DNA of 58,061 bases, counting the filler, from Sphacelaria rigidula (Eukaryota): NCBI GenBank assembly GCA_964200075.2. It is 8 parts of 8 records of this genome, joined end to end, with 100 filler letters (N's around TTAATTAATTAA, not from the genome) between each part and the next. Parts side by side here need not be neighbours in the genome. Positions count along the whole stretch, not along the records: positions 7,272 to 14,442 come from CAXNAA020016152.1; positions 14,543 to 21,713 come from CAXNAA020016153.1; positions 21,814 to 28,983 come from CAXNAA020016154.1; 5 more parts are not named here. The stretch is one strand, 5' to 3'. Position numbers and translations under genes: made by a program. Below, piece by piece: positions 13,352 to 24,767 of this stretch. Below the pieces are notes generated by a model. The model was not told the DNA's origin, ran no database searches, and saw only the letters and a list, made by a program, of their open reading frames with translations. Position 1 is the stretch's first letter, and the number at the start of each line of letters is the position of its first letter.

Positions 13352-13938
13352 GATTATATTGTGTTCGGTTTGTTGATGCTTATCTCTGTTGCGTTTGCTG
13401 CTTGCTAGCTTGTTGTTAGTCGTTTGCGATGTGCCCACGCAGCCCAGCAGAGCAGTCACCCACATTCGAGGCGTCGGCCAAAAAGTAGGGGATCGGGAAT
13501 TTTGCGGACCGGTTCGGTCCCCGGTTCCGATGATCACAACGGAGCAGCGTCTACGTAAACGGCAGGCGTTCACGATTTACCACACTTGCTTGCGCAGAAA
13601 ACTCTGGGTTTGCGTAATCGAATATCGATAAAGAAAGGGAGGTACGTCGCTAACGTGTATGCGCTTGTAACCTAGCCTCTCTTTCAGAACTCGGCACCGA
13701 ATAACGCGGCACCAAATAACAATGCGATCAAAGGTGGGGCCGGGGCCCACGATGCCACCCGGATATATATATATATATATATGTACAGGGTCCGCACGAC
13801 GACAGGCTGCAATAGATCGGACGCATGTTCTGTCTGCTGTTTTTTATGAATCAAAATCGCAGTCAGTTCTACGATTGTACACCTGCTATCTCTCCGCTTT
13901 ATGACATACACGAAAGAAGGGGATTTATGTTGTGAGAT

Positions 13939-14030
13939 GGCCGCGTCCCAGTGGTCTAATTGATGGTAAAACTGCCTGCTCCTTCAGCGCGAGAAAAACG
14001 TGGGTTCGATTCCCGCCAGTAGTGACCACG
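13939..14030 (+). mobile_element. tRNA-derived pseudogene or SINE head
   Basis: A-box-like TGGTCTAATTGATGG and B-box GGTTCGATTCC (14003-14013). The stems are broken and no anticodon can be read. Confidence 0.5.
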
Positions 14031-14615
14031 AGCTGGGGCAACCTAGAACTGGGCTATTCAACTATGATCTTACAGGAATATGTCATCGACGCCGGCGAAT
14101 TGGGCCGCGACCCGCACATCTTATTAATCGTCCAATCAAAGGGTGAATCCCAATCTGCTCTCTCTCTCTACAGACTGGGTCGATCTTTCACGGTTCGGAC
14201 GAATCATCGCCGGTTCGAATCACCTAATCCACGATTTTCCAGGCCTGATTGCTCAACAAAGAGCAAAAAAGTTGACCGCTGGTCAGAAAGGTCTCCACGC
14301 AGCTTTTACGCCATTTCACGTGCGTGGGCTGAGTGTACCTGGGTTGCGATGCTGAACACAAAGCCCAAGGATTCACGGTTAGGACGAATAATGATTCGTC
14401 AGGAAATTACTTGCTTTTAGTGTACTAAGTTGACTCGTGATGNNNNNNNNNNNNNNNNNNNNNNNNNNNNNNNNNNNNNNNNNNNNTTAATTAATTAANN
14501 NNNNNNNNNNNNNNNNNNNNNNNNNNNNNNNNNNNNNNNNNNTAAAACCCCCTATCAACTTGACGCAGTACACGCGCCGCCCTGCTCTTGAGAGCTTCGG
14601 CCCTAGGTGTCAGTG

Positions 14616-14801
14616 CCAGTGTACCGCTCGGTCTCGTACACTGCGGCCATACCAAAACAGTCATATCGTATCGAATATCGATATTCGATACACATCGTGT
14701 CACTTTCGGAATATCGAGAAAAATATCGATATCGGTGGTTGGGATTCGATATTCCAAAATCATCTATCGAACTTTATTCTTGGTCCGATATGCAACACTG
14801 G
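14616..14801. mobile_element. Non-autonomous element of about 186 bp at the 3' end of the Gypsy RT region
   Basis: Termini CCAGTGT...ACACTGG, a terminal hairpin CAGTGTAC-N11-GTACACTG (14617-14643), and an interior packed with TATCGA/TCGATA motifs. The Gypsy frame (PWDDDQEAVFQ) stops at its edge. Confidence 0.65.
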
Positions 14802-17800
14802 TCTGGAACACTGCTTCCTGGTCATCATCCCACGGAATGGCCAACTTTCGTGCACGACGTGAGGCAAATTCTTCGTTGCGAAGAATGTTGGTCAACGGGG
14901 CGGCTATTATGCTGTACTATTCAACAAACTGTTTGAGGTACCCGGTAAGTCCAACAAACGAACGGAGTTCCTCAACAGTGCGTGGACACGGCATCTTAGC
15001 GACTACGGTGAGTTTGGACGCGGCCGGTTGTATGCCTGTGCTATCGATTAACATGCCAAGAAGCTCCTGGGACGATGCCGCAAAGCTGCATTTGGCAAAG
15101 TTCACCGAGAACCCTGCAGTCGACAATCGTTGCAAGCTTATGGTAAGTAGAGCCAAGTGCTCGTCCCACGAGGGGCTGGCTATGAGGATGTCATCTAGCC
15201 AGCTGTGTATACCAGGCAGCTTGCCTATCGTTGATTTTACTCTACGAGTGAACGTCGTCGAGAGTACTGTCAGTCCGAAACCCGCCCTGGTGAACTCAAA
15301 GAGTAGACATCTGCATCTCTGAACGCCGTTTTGTGGCGGTCTTTTTCGGCAATCTCAATTTGGTGGAATCCTGAGGCTAGATTTAGTTGCATGAAATATT
15401 TCTTACCCTTGAGACCATCAGATATGGACTGCATGTCGCCTAGCCCACCGCTATCAGACACTAAAAGCTTGTTCAGAGCACGCCAGTCGGTGCACAAGCG
15501 CATGGTACCATATTTCGTTTGGACACAAAGACATTGCGCGGCCCAGGGGGTAGTTGAGGGGCGGATAACATCGCGGTCGAGAAGCTGATGATTTTCTCCT
15601 CTGATCATTTGGCGTTCTTCCGGCGAGAAACGGCGTTGTTTTGCGGCGAAGGGCGTGCTAGCTTCGTCAATTAATGGCAATTCTAGCTCACCCTTGATGC
15701 AGGCTGGCACCCGCTTGGAACCCGTGGGGAAAATCCTGCATCCACGAAATCCCGTAGGAGGCGGGCAAGTTCCGCCTTCTCTGTTCCCCCGAGCTGTCCC
15801 ATGGTTGCATCTGATACCCGGGCCTGGTTAGATTCTGAGGATAGTTGGTCACTCTCGGGGCACGACGGGGGTGCGGGCGAGGTAGGTTGGTCTACTGTCG
15901 ACGACGTGTCATCGAAAAGTGTGTGAAAGCGAGCAGGATCGCACACGTTGAGGGCTATGAAGCGCGCGATTGTCCCGGAGGTCTTCACTTCGGCCCTATC
16001 TTTACGCCTATTCACCAACTTACAGAAAACTGGAAACCCTGGTACCCACCACAATACTCATTTGGCTATCCCTACCAACGCTCCACCGTCTAGATCATAC
16101 TTAGCCAAGAGCAGCATCAAAACTAGATGCTTGTCCTGCGGTTGGGGTCCCATGATCACCGTTTCCACCGCCAAACTTACAAACCCATCGATGGAGACGG
16201 AACGCTCGGCAAGTCTCAAGTTCCACTCTCTCGTGCCGTCGTCTCCTCAGACAACGTCGCTGTAATTGGGGAACTTACATGGCGCGGGGGAAGGTGTGAC
16301 TAGCGGACGGACTTCACTGAGCGGGTCTAGGGCAGAGAGTGTATCCGGTTCCGCATGTCGAGGGCTATCGTTGGTCAAAAACGGTCTCCATGGTGCGGAC
16401 GGGGTAGGGCGAAACTCCCTGTTGCTTTGAACTCGAGACTGCTACGGTTTGCCCTGAAAAACTCGACCCCAAAATGAGTCCGTAACGTAGGTCTTCTACC
16501 ACCCTGACTGCTATAATACGAACGCGATCATCCTTAGCAAACAAGATGGGTATCACGACTGATCCAACCATAGACATCGGGGGTATCTTGCTCTGCGAGG
16601 AGTTGGCGGCGCGAAGGGCACCAGCGTTGTTCGTGTCTAGCTTGATCTGTATTACTTCTGCTTTTATGAGGCAACTCCACAAAAACCCAGACATGTAATT
16701 GCCCCCACCTGCCCCGGTGTCCAACAGTACCTCGAGTGGCCACGAGCCCGGCTCCGGTGCCAGATCTCTCCCACCACCCACAATAGGTTTCCGAGACGGC
16801 GCGTGATGGTCGCCAAGTCCTCCTCTAGCAGGTTCCCCAGGTTGAAAATACCTGGGGCGTCCCCTCATTTGTCACTGTTGCTGATCGAGGGCGCCTGTTC
16901 GTGCTCTTCTTCTTCCTCCTCCCGCCCACCAATCGGTATCCTCGTTGATCAGTCCCATGTCGATAGCGGCTAAGGATTGGGATTCCGTGAGGGCCGCGAG
17001 TCGCTTCTGAGGCACGGAGACTCTACGGCGGGCTTAGACGTTCCTGTAGTGAGCCGGCGTGATGATACCGTGTGTGTACGGACAGTGAGTGCCATCGCGG
17101 CGGCGGCAGGTACCCGTGAAAGCGTGGCCGAAGCAGATCTTGTTCCTGCGGAGGTAATCGATGACCTCTTCTCGGTTTCCCGTCGGGGAAGGAGCGGCTT
17201 GCTTACGCGGGTGCTCACAGTCGAGGATAAACGTGGTAGCGGGGTGGGAGCAGCAGACGACGAAGACGCTCTTTTTGCCGCTGCTGTCCAACCTTGACTC
17301 TGCACTACTCTGGCCGACCGGTGTTTCTGTTCCGAAAGGAACACCGTGCTGTCCTGTGATTGTCCGTGGTGTGTTGTTGAACGCTGCAGCTAGGGCCGAT
17401 GTTTGTTGCTGAACATATTCTCCCGACTGCGGTCGCGCGTACTCTATCTCCCGTTGGATCCTGGGAGCAGACGCGGTGGCTGCGGCAACACGGGGCATCG
17501 AACCTTCATGTTCGCCGCGGAGCGCGGAGAATTGCGCGGGGGACATTTGCCTAGTATTATCTAGCGAAAAAAGGCGGTCTGATCCTACTGTACGACTTGC
17601 TTGTTTCTGAACTGGCTTCCTGTAATGCTTCGAGGGGCGTGCGGTAAGAATTCTGATGAACTCGTCGTACAAATCTTTAGCTACTTCACCGCGGCGGCGC
17701 ATAGGTTCCCCCGATCGGGTTTTGAAGCTCCTCAGCCATGTCGGCGAGCTTGGTGTCCGCTACGCTCATCTTCTCGTGGAGAAGTGATCGCATGCCATCC

Positions 17801-17935
17801 CTGCGAACTTCATCAGGCAAGACGGCTCGGACGACGCATTCGTACAATTCGTTCAGCTGCTCTTTAGTGATAAAGCGCCAAAATAAGTCAGTCACAGTGG
17901 CATGCGGACGGCTTGCGCTAGCCAGGGTCACTTTA
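14802..17935 (-). mobile_element. Decayed Ty3/Gypsy LTR retrotransposon internal region: gag (17935-17034), aspartic protease (16868-16400), RT (15710-14802)
   Basis: Protease VLLDTGAG. RT motifs IRPSTTPWAAQCLCV, MRLCTDWRALNK, LNLASGFHQI, KTAF, SWLDDILIAS, KCSF and ELRSFVGLTGY. Several frameshifts and stops. No LTR identified. Confidence 0.92.
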
Positions 17936-18589
17936 TGTTGATGTTTTACAGAAACTCACAAGCGAAAGGTGCTTTGGGTGTTATGATGCTTTTCCGTTTT
18001 GTACAGAATAAACAGTGAGCCGGTAAACTGCCGCTCGTGAAAACTTTGCATCGCCTGTATTACGTGTTACGCTGTGCTGTATTTTGGGGCCCTTTTTCTG
18101 TTTGTTTTTTTGTTCGCTCTTGCCACGCTTGTATAAAATGGCCAGTCCAGGAGGACCGGTCATAAAAAGTGCGGCCATATCAAACCGAAACAACCGCAAT
18201 AGTAGACGGTACGGAAAACAGCGGGTTCAAAACGAATTTCCAAACTCCCGAACAACCAATAAACAACAATTATTAGTAACAGGTGAGATGAAGGTGACGT
18301 GATGCAGGCGAAGTCACTTGGGTGTGCAAGCAGGCAAAATGGCGAACACCGTCTCATCATCATGCCGAGGTGCATTTCAGTGGAACAGTCACGTGAGGGC
18401 CTCAGTCGTGACAGTTCGGGCACGTGTGATCATGACAATCATTCGCGAACAAAACCCCGTGTGGTCAAAGTGGAGCACACTACAATATGAATAATGGGGA
18501 TTTGAGGGTCGAAATTACGCTTGCATTCCAACGTGCAGGGCGACAGCAAGCAAAACATTACAACCTACCGTAGGCGGTAAACTCAAAAG

Positions 18590-18880
18590 CTACAACACCT
18601 CAAGCGGGACAGCTACCGCAAAACAGGGTAACGGAAAACACAACGGAAACAGCAGCGACCACAACGATAGTAGCAGCAACAAGAGCGACGAACAATAACA
18701 GTAACAAACAAGAACAGCAACGAACAGCAATGATAACGAAAACAGAGTGCAACAGGACACCAGCAAAAAGGCGGTGGCGCGGCAGCAATAAACGGCAGCA
18801 CAACCACTAGGCGAAAGCCCAGCAACTACAAATAGCAATGGCATACCAACGAGGCAGCGAAATGCAAACAGCAACAAAGT
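18590..18880. repeat. CAA/CAG-rich low-complexity tract
   Basis: Runs of AACAGCAGC/AACAAC. The overlapping ORFs are compositional artefacts. Confidence 0.7.
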
Positions 18881-18953
18881 TGCCCAGCCCCAGCAGCTGT
18901 CTGGAACCTATGCCCCGAAACGCCCCGAAGTAATCGTTTTCTCGAGGAGGCGA

Positions 18954-20858
18954 TTGTCGGAGGCGATCCTCAGTGACGCCGTGAGGTCACCAGCGCGCAG
19001 ATCCCACGCTCACCACCCGTGGAAGCGATTGATGTCCGTCCCACAGTGTAACAAACCCCTCGTGCAGCATTGGGAGTTGATTGGGGGGGTCGACGGCCAG
19101 CAGAAGAACATCGACCGGGCTGTCGAGGAATTACAAGCAGCGCACACCAAGGTGCGGCGCGTCGAACAACAGCTGGGAGACGCTATCGTCGAACGAGAGG
19201 CGAAGAGGACACAGCTGGTTGAGATTTATCGACCCCATTGGGTACATGGGACCCGGGAACGCGGTTGGTGAGAACAAACAGGGGTATATCACTGCATGGT
19301 GGGGTATCTGCACCAACGTACCAACGTACCAACGTACCAACATACAAAGGTACAAACGTACCGACCCATCGACCGGTCCCCTGCATGCGCGCCTACGTAC
19401 GCATCACATGTACCTATCTATCTCACACGCATACGTACGTTCCTGGCACAAGTACCTGTAAGCGGTACTTTCATCAAATCGTTGCGGTGCATTCATTCAA
19501 TGCACAGTATATCAAATACCCCGACACCACCCGCACCGTTGTTATCATGCCGCAGGAGAGAATTGAGCGTGATGGTCGACCGCAATCCTGTCCCGAGTCA
19601 CCTGGACCCAGGATTGTGGGAACGCTACACGTCACGCCTGGACCGTCTCTCCCCCGAAGTCATGGACCACAGCCGGGGCCGGGAGTTAGAGCCAGGGTCC
19701 TGACGGAGCGGGCCCTAGCGCGACGATTCGCGGAGTTGATCGCAGTCACGAACCACCTCCGGTATATGCTAGGTGAGTCGGCGCGCGCACGTGTGACATC
19801 TACGTAGGAACGCGTACATGTGACGGGTATTACTGGTACGTTGGTAAGTTGGTACGTTTGATACGTTTGGTACGTTTGGTACGTTTGGTACGTTTGGTAT
19901 GTTGGGTGTGGTTGGCATGTCAGTGCGTTTGGTACGTCCCCCGGGGGTACACAGGTAGTACTCATGTCCGTACCGTGCAAAGGTAGTAAGTACGTCCCTA
20001 TGATACTACGGCCCCTGGTGTGCTGTGGCACACTACGGCATCCCGTCGCTTCTTCATACCCCGGTGTCCCCTCCCTTTATGTCCACGCCTCCACAGGAAC
20101 CCAACTCGTGTTGGAAGACCTCCACCGTGCGTTCGACGCTCGAACGTGGAAGTCTCCCGGCACCATGTCCGCTTTCGACTCAGGTGGTGAAGGTGCGAGG
20201 TTGCGCATCCTGATCGAGGAGGCCTTGAACAAGTTGTCGTGAGTTGCTTCCCACATTAGAACACGAGAAACAACGAGGGTGGACTCGTAAATTGTCATGC
20301 ACTGTGATGTATAGTCCAGGGTGTATATCGTTTCCCGTCATCAACACAGCACACAACAACAGTCACCGTACGTACGTCCCGTCTCGGCGTTCCGGCGTCT
20401 CGATGTACTAAACGTACCAAACGTACCAGATGTACCAAATGTACCAAACGTGCCAAACGTACCGACGTACCGACGTACCAACGCACCCCCGTACACGTTT
20501 TGGTACCCAAAACCTCGCAACCTCCCTCTCCTGCCCCAGACGGGGCGACCCAGGCATGAAGGGTGCTATCCTGCATCATCCCCGGATGCAGACGCCAGGG
20601 TTCGAAGCCGAACGCCACGTGTACATGGACAGCTTCGACTTCATCTTCGGTCCCGACGGGAAGTGCGTAGCTTCCGGGCTGCCCGCGAACGAACCGGCGG
20701 CTGTCGCAATGACGGTACCTACTATGCCAAATCTCAAAGACATGAAACTCCAGCCTCCGACGACCGGGGCGGGTGCGGCGGCCGCGGGTGCGGCGAAGAA
20801 GGAGCCGGCGAAGACGGGGACGGGTAAGGCCGGCCCGATGGTGGAAGAACATCAGTGA
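18954..20858 (+). CDS. Unidentified spliced gene, possibly transposon-borne, 5' end undefined. Exons <18954-19241, 19556-19772, 20097-20238 and 20540-20858
   Basis: Three GT-AG introns with matching phases (0, 1, 2) join into one open frame: ...KNIDRAVEELQAAHTKVRRVEQQLGDAIVEREAKRTQLVEIYRPHW/ERIE...LARRFAELIAVTNHLRYML/GTQLVLEDLHRAFDARTW...EEALNKL/SRGDPGMKGAILHHPRMQTPGF...MVEEHQ*. The first part looks coiled-coil. Confidence 0.55.
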
Positions 20859-21036
20859 GGGTACTTTCTAATCATCAAAGCGGGGGAAGCATGACCTCAG
20901 CGCCGGCGCGGAAATATATTGTTGAAGTGACGGCTGACGAGAAGGGTTACTGGGTGTCCCAGGCCGACGAATGACTTCGCACCATCTCTTTCCCTCAGCA
21001 CACCCTCACGTGCCCTCTCTGCACCGGGGATACTGT

Positions 21037-21297
21037 ATGGTGGAGATCGTTTTGCGGGGTTACCGCGACGGGGAGGCACGCTACCTGTTTCAACCTGCCG
21101 TTTTATACATTGCAAGGCCCTGAGGGCGACAGGGCATTCGACCGCCACTCGAGGGGGGAAATAAGAAAGGAGGTGAAGAAGCACATCAAGTGGAGTCACC
21201 CTGAGCTTGTCATCTCGAAACCAACCGACACAGAGGAGGTGACGATACTGCGGCAGGGAGGAAAGTATGAGGCAATCCCATCGAACTGCCGGATGTG
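21037..21297 (+). pseudogene. Frameshifted first-exon-like remnant of a second unidentified gene
   Basis: MVEIVLRGYRDGEARYLFQPAVLYIARP* then, in a shifted frame, ...RGEIRKEVKKHIKWSHPELVISKP...SNCRM ending at a GTGAGT donor. Confidence 0.35.
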
Positions 21298-21839
21298 GTG
21301 AGTGTAGACCTAGCCACCATTGTTACCTAAGGTCAGGGACTTTGTAGGTGGGGTTGCGGGTCTGATTGCCGGAATGTGTGATGGTGACCTCCATGACGAG
21401 TACAGCCGGTTTTGTTACTCTGGTGGAGAGAGGCTATATGGTTCTGTTCTCCTGTACTATGCTGAGGGTTAATATATAAATAACTAAAGCTGCTGAAGTC
21501 CATGTGCCCGTGATTGGAGGAGTCCACATGGCAATCTGATCTTGAGTGACAGAGGTCTACAATGAACGTTCATTAAGTCCGCTGAGGTGGTAGGTCTGCT
21601 AAAAAGCAGCTGACATTTCAAGATAGGGAAGTCTGCAGGCCTGATCAGTTTGCAGCAAACGAGACCAGCTCAAGGCGTGTTAACGTCGCGAGGAGTTGGA
21701 GAAGTAGAGCCGANNNNNNNNNNNNNNNNNNNNNNNNNNNNNNNNNNNNNNNNNNNNTTAATTAATTAANNNNNNNNNNNNNNNNNNNNNNNNNNNNNNN
21801 NNNNNNNNNNNNNCTACGCTGCGGAAGCAACTGATCTCA

Positions 21840-22060
21840 CGATTAGGGTGCAACCTCTGCACACTACTGTTCGCTGAACAGTAGTTGGCCTGTCGTGCAC
21901 AGTGCCTACTACCACGAATTATTCCAACAGATATTCCCAGCGCATTGGAATAGTGGCCCTGGTGTACTCTCACATACTTTCATGAGTCGTGTTTTGGATG
22001 AGATCAAGGGCTCCTAACAATTTTAACCTCATAAAATATGTGTGCACCCCTACCGGTGCA
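21840..22060 (+). repeat. Dispersed repeat homologous to 42840-43100 on the opposite strand
   Basis: CATTGGAATA...CTCACATA...GTTTTGGATGAGAT.AAGGGCTCCTAA...GCACCCCTACCG is shared with the reverse complement of 42840-42990. Confidence 0.7.
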
Positions 22061-22239
22061 TCACTTATCGAGGCAGGGTCGAACAACATCCCCAGGTAGT
22101 CAGGAACACCGAAATTTTCAGGAAGACGGCAGACACACGAGCGAGTACACTACTTGATGGGCTACTCGTTATGTTCCGGCGATTTTCGATAGACACACGG
22201 GGAATTCTAGTGGCACAACAAAAAATTCATTTGCATGGC

Positions 22240-24290
22240 GCGCGTTGGTCCAATCCGCCATGCGCTTCTTAGCTCCTTCCCCTACGACCTGGTACGACCC
22301 GGGACCATTTTGCGCAATTTGCGTCCGTCATGTCGCATCTATTCCGAAGGTGAAGCAATACTCAGGGATACGGTGTTGCAAGCGTATCGCGAGTTGGCCT
22401 GCCTCCTTCTCCTCTCCGACCATTTCTCCACGCCTGACGATGTCGGGGAGGCGCTCGTCGTGCTTGCGCGCAACGTGGCCGGCGTACAGTAAGATTTGCC
22501 TCGACACGGGTGGCCTCGATGCAATCGCAGCCAGTTCTCTCAAGAACCTGGCGGCAGGCATCATAAGGTAGTGCGGGGCGCTGTGCGTTAAGATATGCTC
22601 GTTGCGGTACCTCAGCAGTAACCAGGGGTGGGCTTTGCGCAAGAGGCTGACTGGGTGAGAATGTTTGAATCACGCAGTCGTAGAGCATTATCTCAATCAC
22701 TTCTGCCTTCAGGAAACGAGCATTTCCGCCCAGGGCAATGCACGCGTTGTCGTATATCGGTCTGCTGTAGGTGATGAAGCACTTCCAGGCCTATCCAATG
22801 TCACCGTTGACGTTAGTGGTGACATCGCCGATGCTGTTGATGGTGCCGCCGAGATAGACGAAAAGACTCCACGCGCTCGCACCTTTGGCCTGCCGCCTCC
22901 ACCTCAATCACGTCCGGCTTCACTCCCGCATGTGTATGGTTACTGTATTCTTTTCCGCCACAACGAGACCAAATGCCGCACAGACTTCGACGGTGGGCAT
23001 AATCATCTTTGTCTGGCTTGGTTGAGACCATGACGCGATGCCAGCGTCGTCGGCGTGCGGCATGACCCAAAGCCCCTCGCAAAGCAGGCCCGTGGTGTTC
23101 CCACCCTGGTAGCGATGCGAATGCAGGCACCCACCGCAGCCTCACCGATCGAGAAGCGGTTGAACGCTACCCTCACAAATACCGCGAATAAGATGCTGAA
23201 CACGAGTGCAATCTCACAGCTTTGGCAGAGGCCCTGGCTAACGTCCAAACACTCTAAAGTTTCGCCGCTGTCACGGCGTCCGCACGCCCACATGCCATCG
23301 TGGAACTGGCTGATGACGGGAAGCACCTTGACGGGAACGCCGTATCGTGCAAGCACCTTTCATAGAAGAGTGTAGTCGACTGAATCGTACGATTTCCGGA
23401 GGTCGATGAAGCACATGTACAGCGGAAGATTCTTCTCTCTGGCCAGTTTTTGACGTCTGCGCACAACGTACATCATGTCGACTGTCGACCGGCGGGGTCG
23501 GAAATCGCGTTGAGCTTCTGGGAGGATTCTCTTCCACTCGCAATATTCGCTGAGGCGAATTGTAGCTATCTTGAGAACCATCTTGCCCTCGTGGGACCCT
23601 AGGGAGATACCGCGGTAGTTGCCACATTTATGCGAGTCCTCATTCTTGAACAGCACCGTGATGACAACTTCTTTCCATTCGTGAGCCAATCTGCGATACG
23701 GGGGGGGGAGAATATTTAGATTAGGGGGGGGGGGGGGGGGGGCGTATTTTGGGCCATTTTCCCCACAAAAATCCGCTTCAAATCACCGTCGAACGCAGAA
23801 CTAACTGTTGTTCGAACGCGCTTGTTACGGATAAATATCACCCACTCATTCTGCTTGACACCGCTTTCTCCCAAATACAAGCGTACGGCGAGTGCGTTAG
23901 GTCGTCGGACACACCTATCAGTCCATTTTTTTCGTGGAATCCCCCCCCCGCCCCCCATCGTAGATCACTTTCCTGTGGCACTACTTCCAAACGCCACACT
24001 GTAAGCACGAAGTTGTGGAGGCACTTCATTGTAGCAGAGTCCTCGATGAGGCTGAGCATGAATAGCTCGTCACACAGATATCAAGTCTCAACAGCCTGGC
24101 CATTTGTCAGCTTGCTCGATGCTTCCTTCACTTTTTCCATCGAGGGCCCGGCCGCGAGCGCTCCGTTCCCCGGCATCGATGGCAGAGCTGTCGAGCGTAG
24201 ACGAGATTACATGCAAAAGCTTTTCGAATCGCCCTTTCCACCTCTATACGATGTTGCTTGTCCCGTAACAGCTCGCCAGACGCGCTCCTG
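22240..24290 (-). mobile_element. Decayed RTE-clade LINE reverse transcriptase region, interrupted by a MITE at 23689-23965
   Basis: GPSMEKVKEASSKLTNGQAV...VWRLEVVPQE // EWKEVVITVLFK...CGNYRGISL...LPEAQRDFRPRRSTVDM...LYMCFIDLRKSYDSVD, LARYGVP..ISQFHDGM, QGLCQSC, and RQILLY. Many frameshifts. Confidence 0.9.
23689..23965. mobile_element. MITE-like insertion of about 275 bp with G/C-run terminal inverted repeats
   Basis: Left end ATCTGCGATACGGGGGGGGG matches the reverse complement of the right end, ATCTACGATGGGGGGCGGGG. It splits the LINE frame between VPQE and EWK. Confidence 0.6.
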
Positions 24291-24353
24291 ATGTAGGTTC
24301 AGTGACACCTCTTATTCCCTTCCATTTCCAAGGACTTCATGTGCTGGAATACA

Positions 24354-24767
24354 CAGAGGATTCTATAAAATGAGGGTCATCAATGAAATGAGGTTCGAGC
24401 CCAAAACAGTACTTTCTCCACACTTTCAGCGATGGTGTTCAATGACTTTTTTGTCGGACTAATGCCCCTCGATCGCGTAGATACTTTTTCAGTGCATTTT
24501 ACCGACTCTGTGAGCTTACAGCGCTGATCGAAACTGCTGTTTTCCCTGATATCACCCCTCCCCCTAAAAAATAAGTAGAAATGGCGGTTTCGGACAGCGC
24601 TGTAAGCTCACAGAGTCGATAAAATGCGCTGAAGAAGTATCTACGCAATCGAGGGGCATTGGGCCGACAAAAAAGTCATCGGGCACCATCGCTGAAAGCG
24701 TGGAGAAAGTATTGTTTTGAGCTCGAACCTCATTTCATTGGTGAACCTCATTTTATAGAATCCTCTG
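24354..24767. mobile_element. Foldback-type MITE with inverted arms of about 172 bp
   Basis: CAGAGGATTCTATAAAATGAGG...GACTCTGTGAGCTTACAGCGCTG (24354-24525) is mirrored by CAGCGCTGTAAGCTCACAGAGTC...CCTCATTTTATAGAATCCTCTG (24595-24767). Confidence 0.9.

Noticed and set aside
14588..15322. 244-aa plus-strand ORF as a gene
   Set aside because: It is the antisense shadow of the Gypsy RT plus the inserted element.
18590..18877. Hydrophobic membrane-protein ORFs
   Set aside because: They are produced by the reverse complement of a CAA/CAG low-complexity tract.
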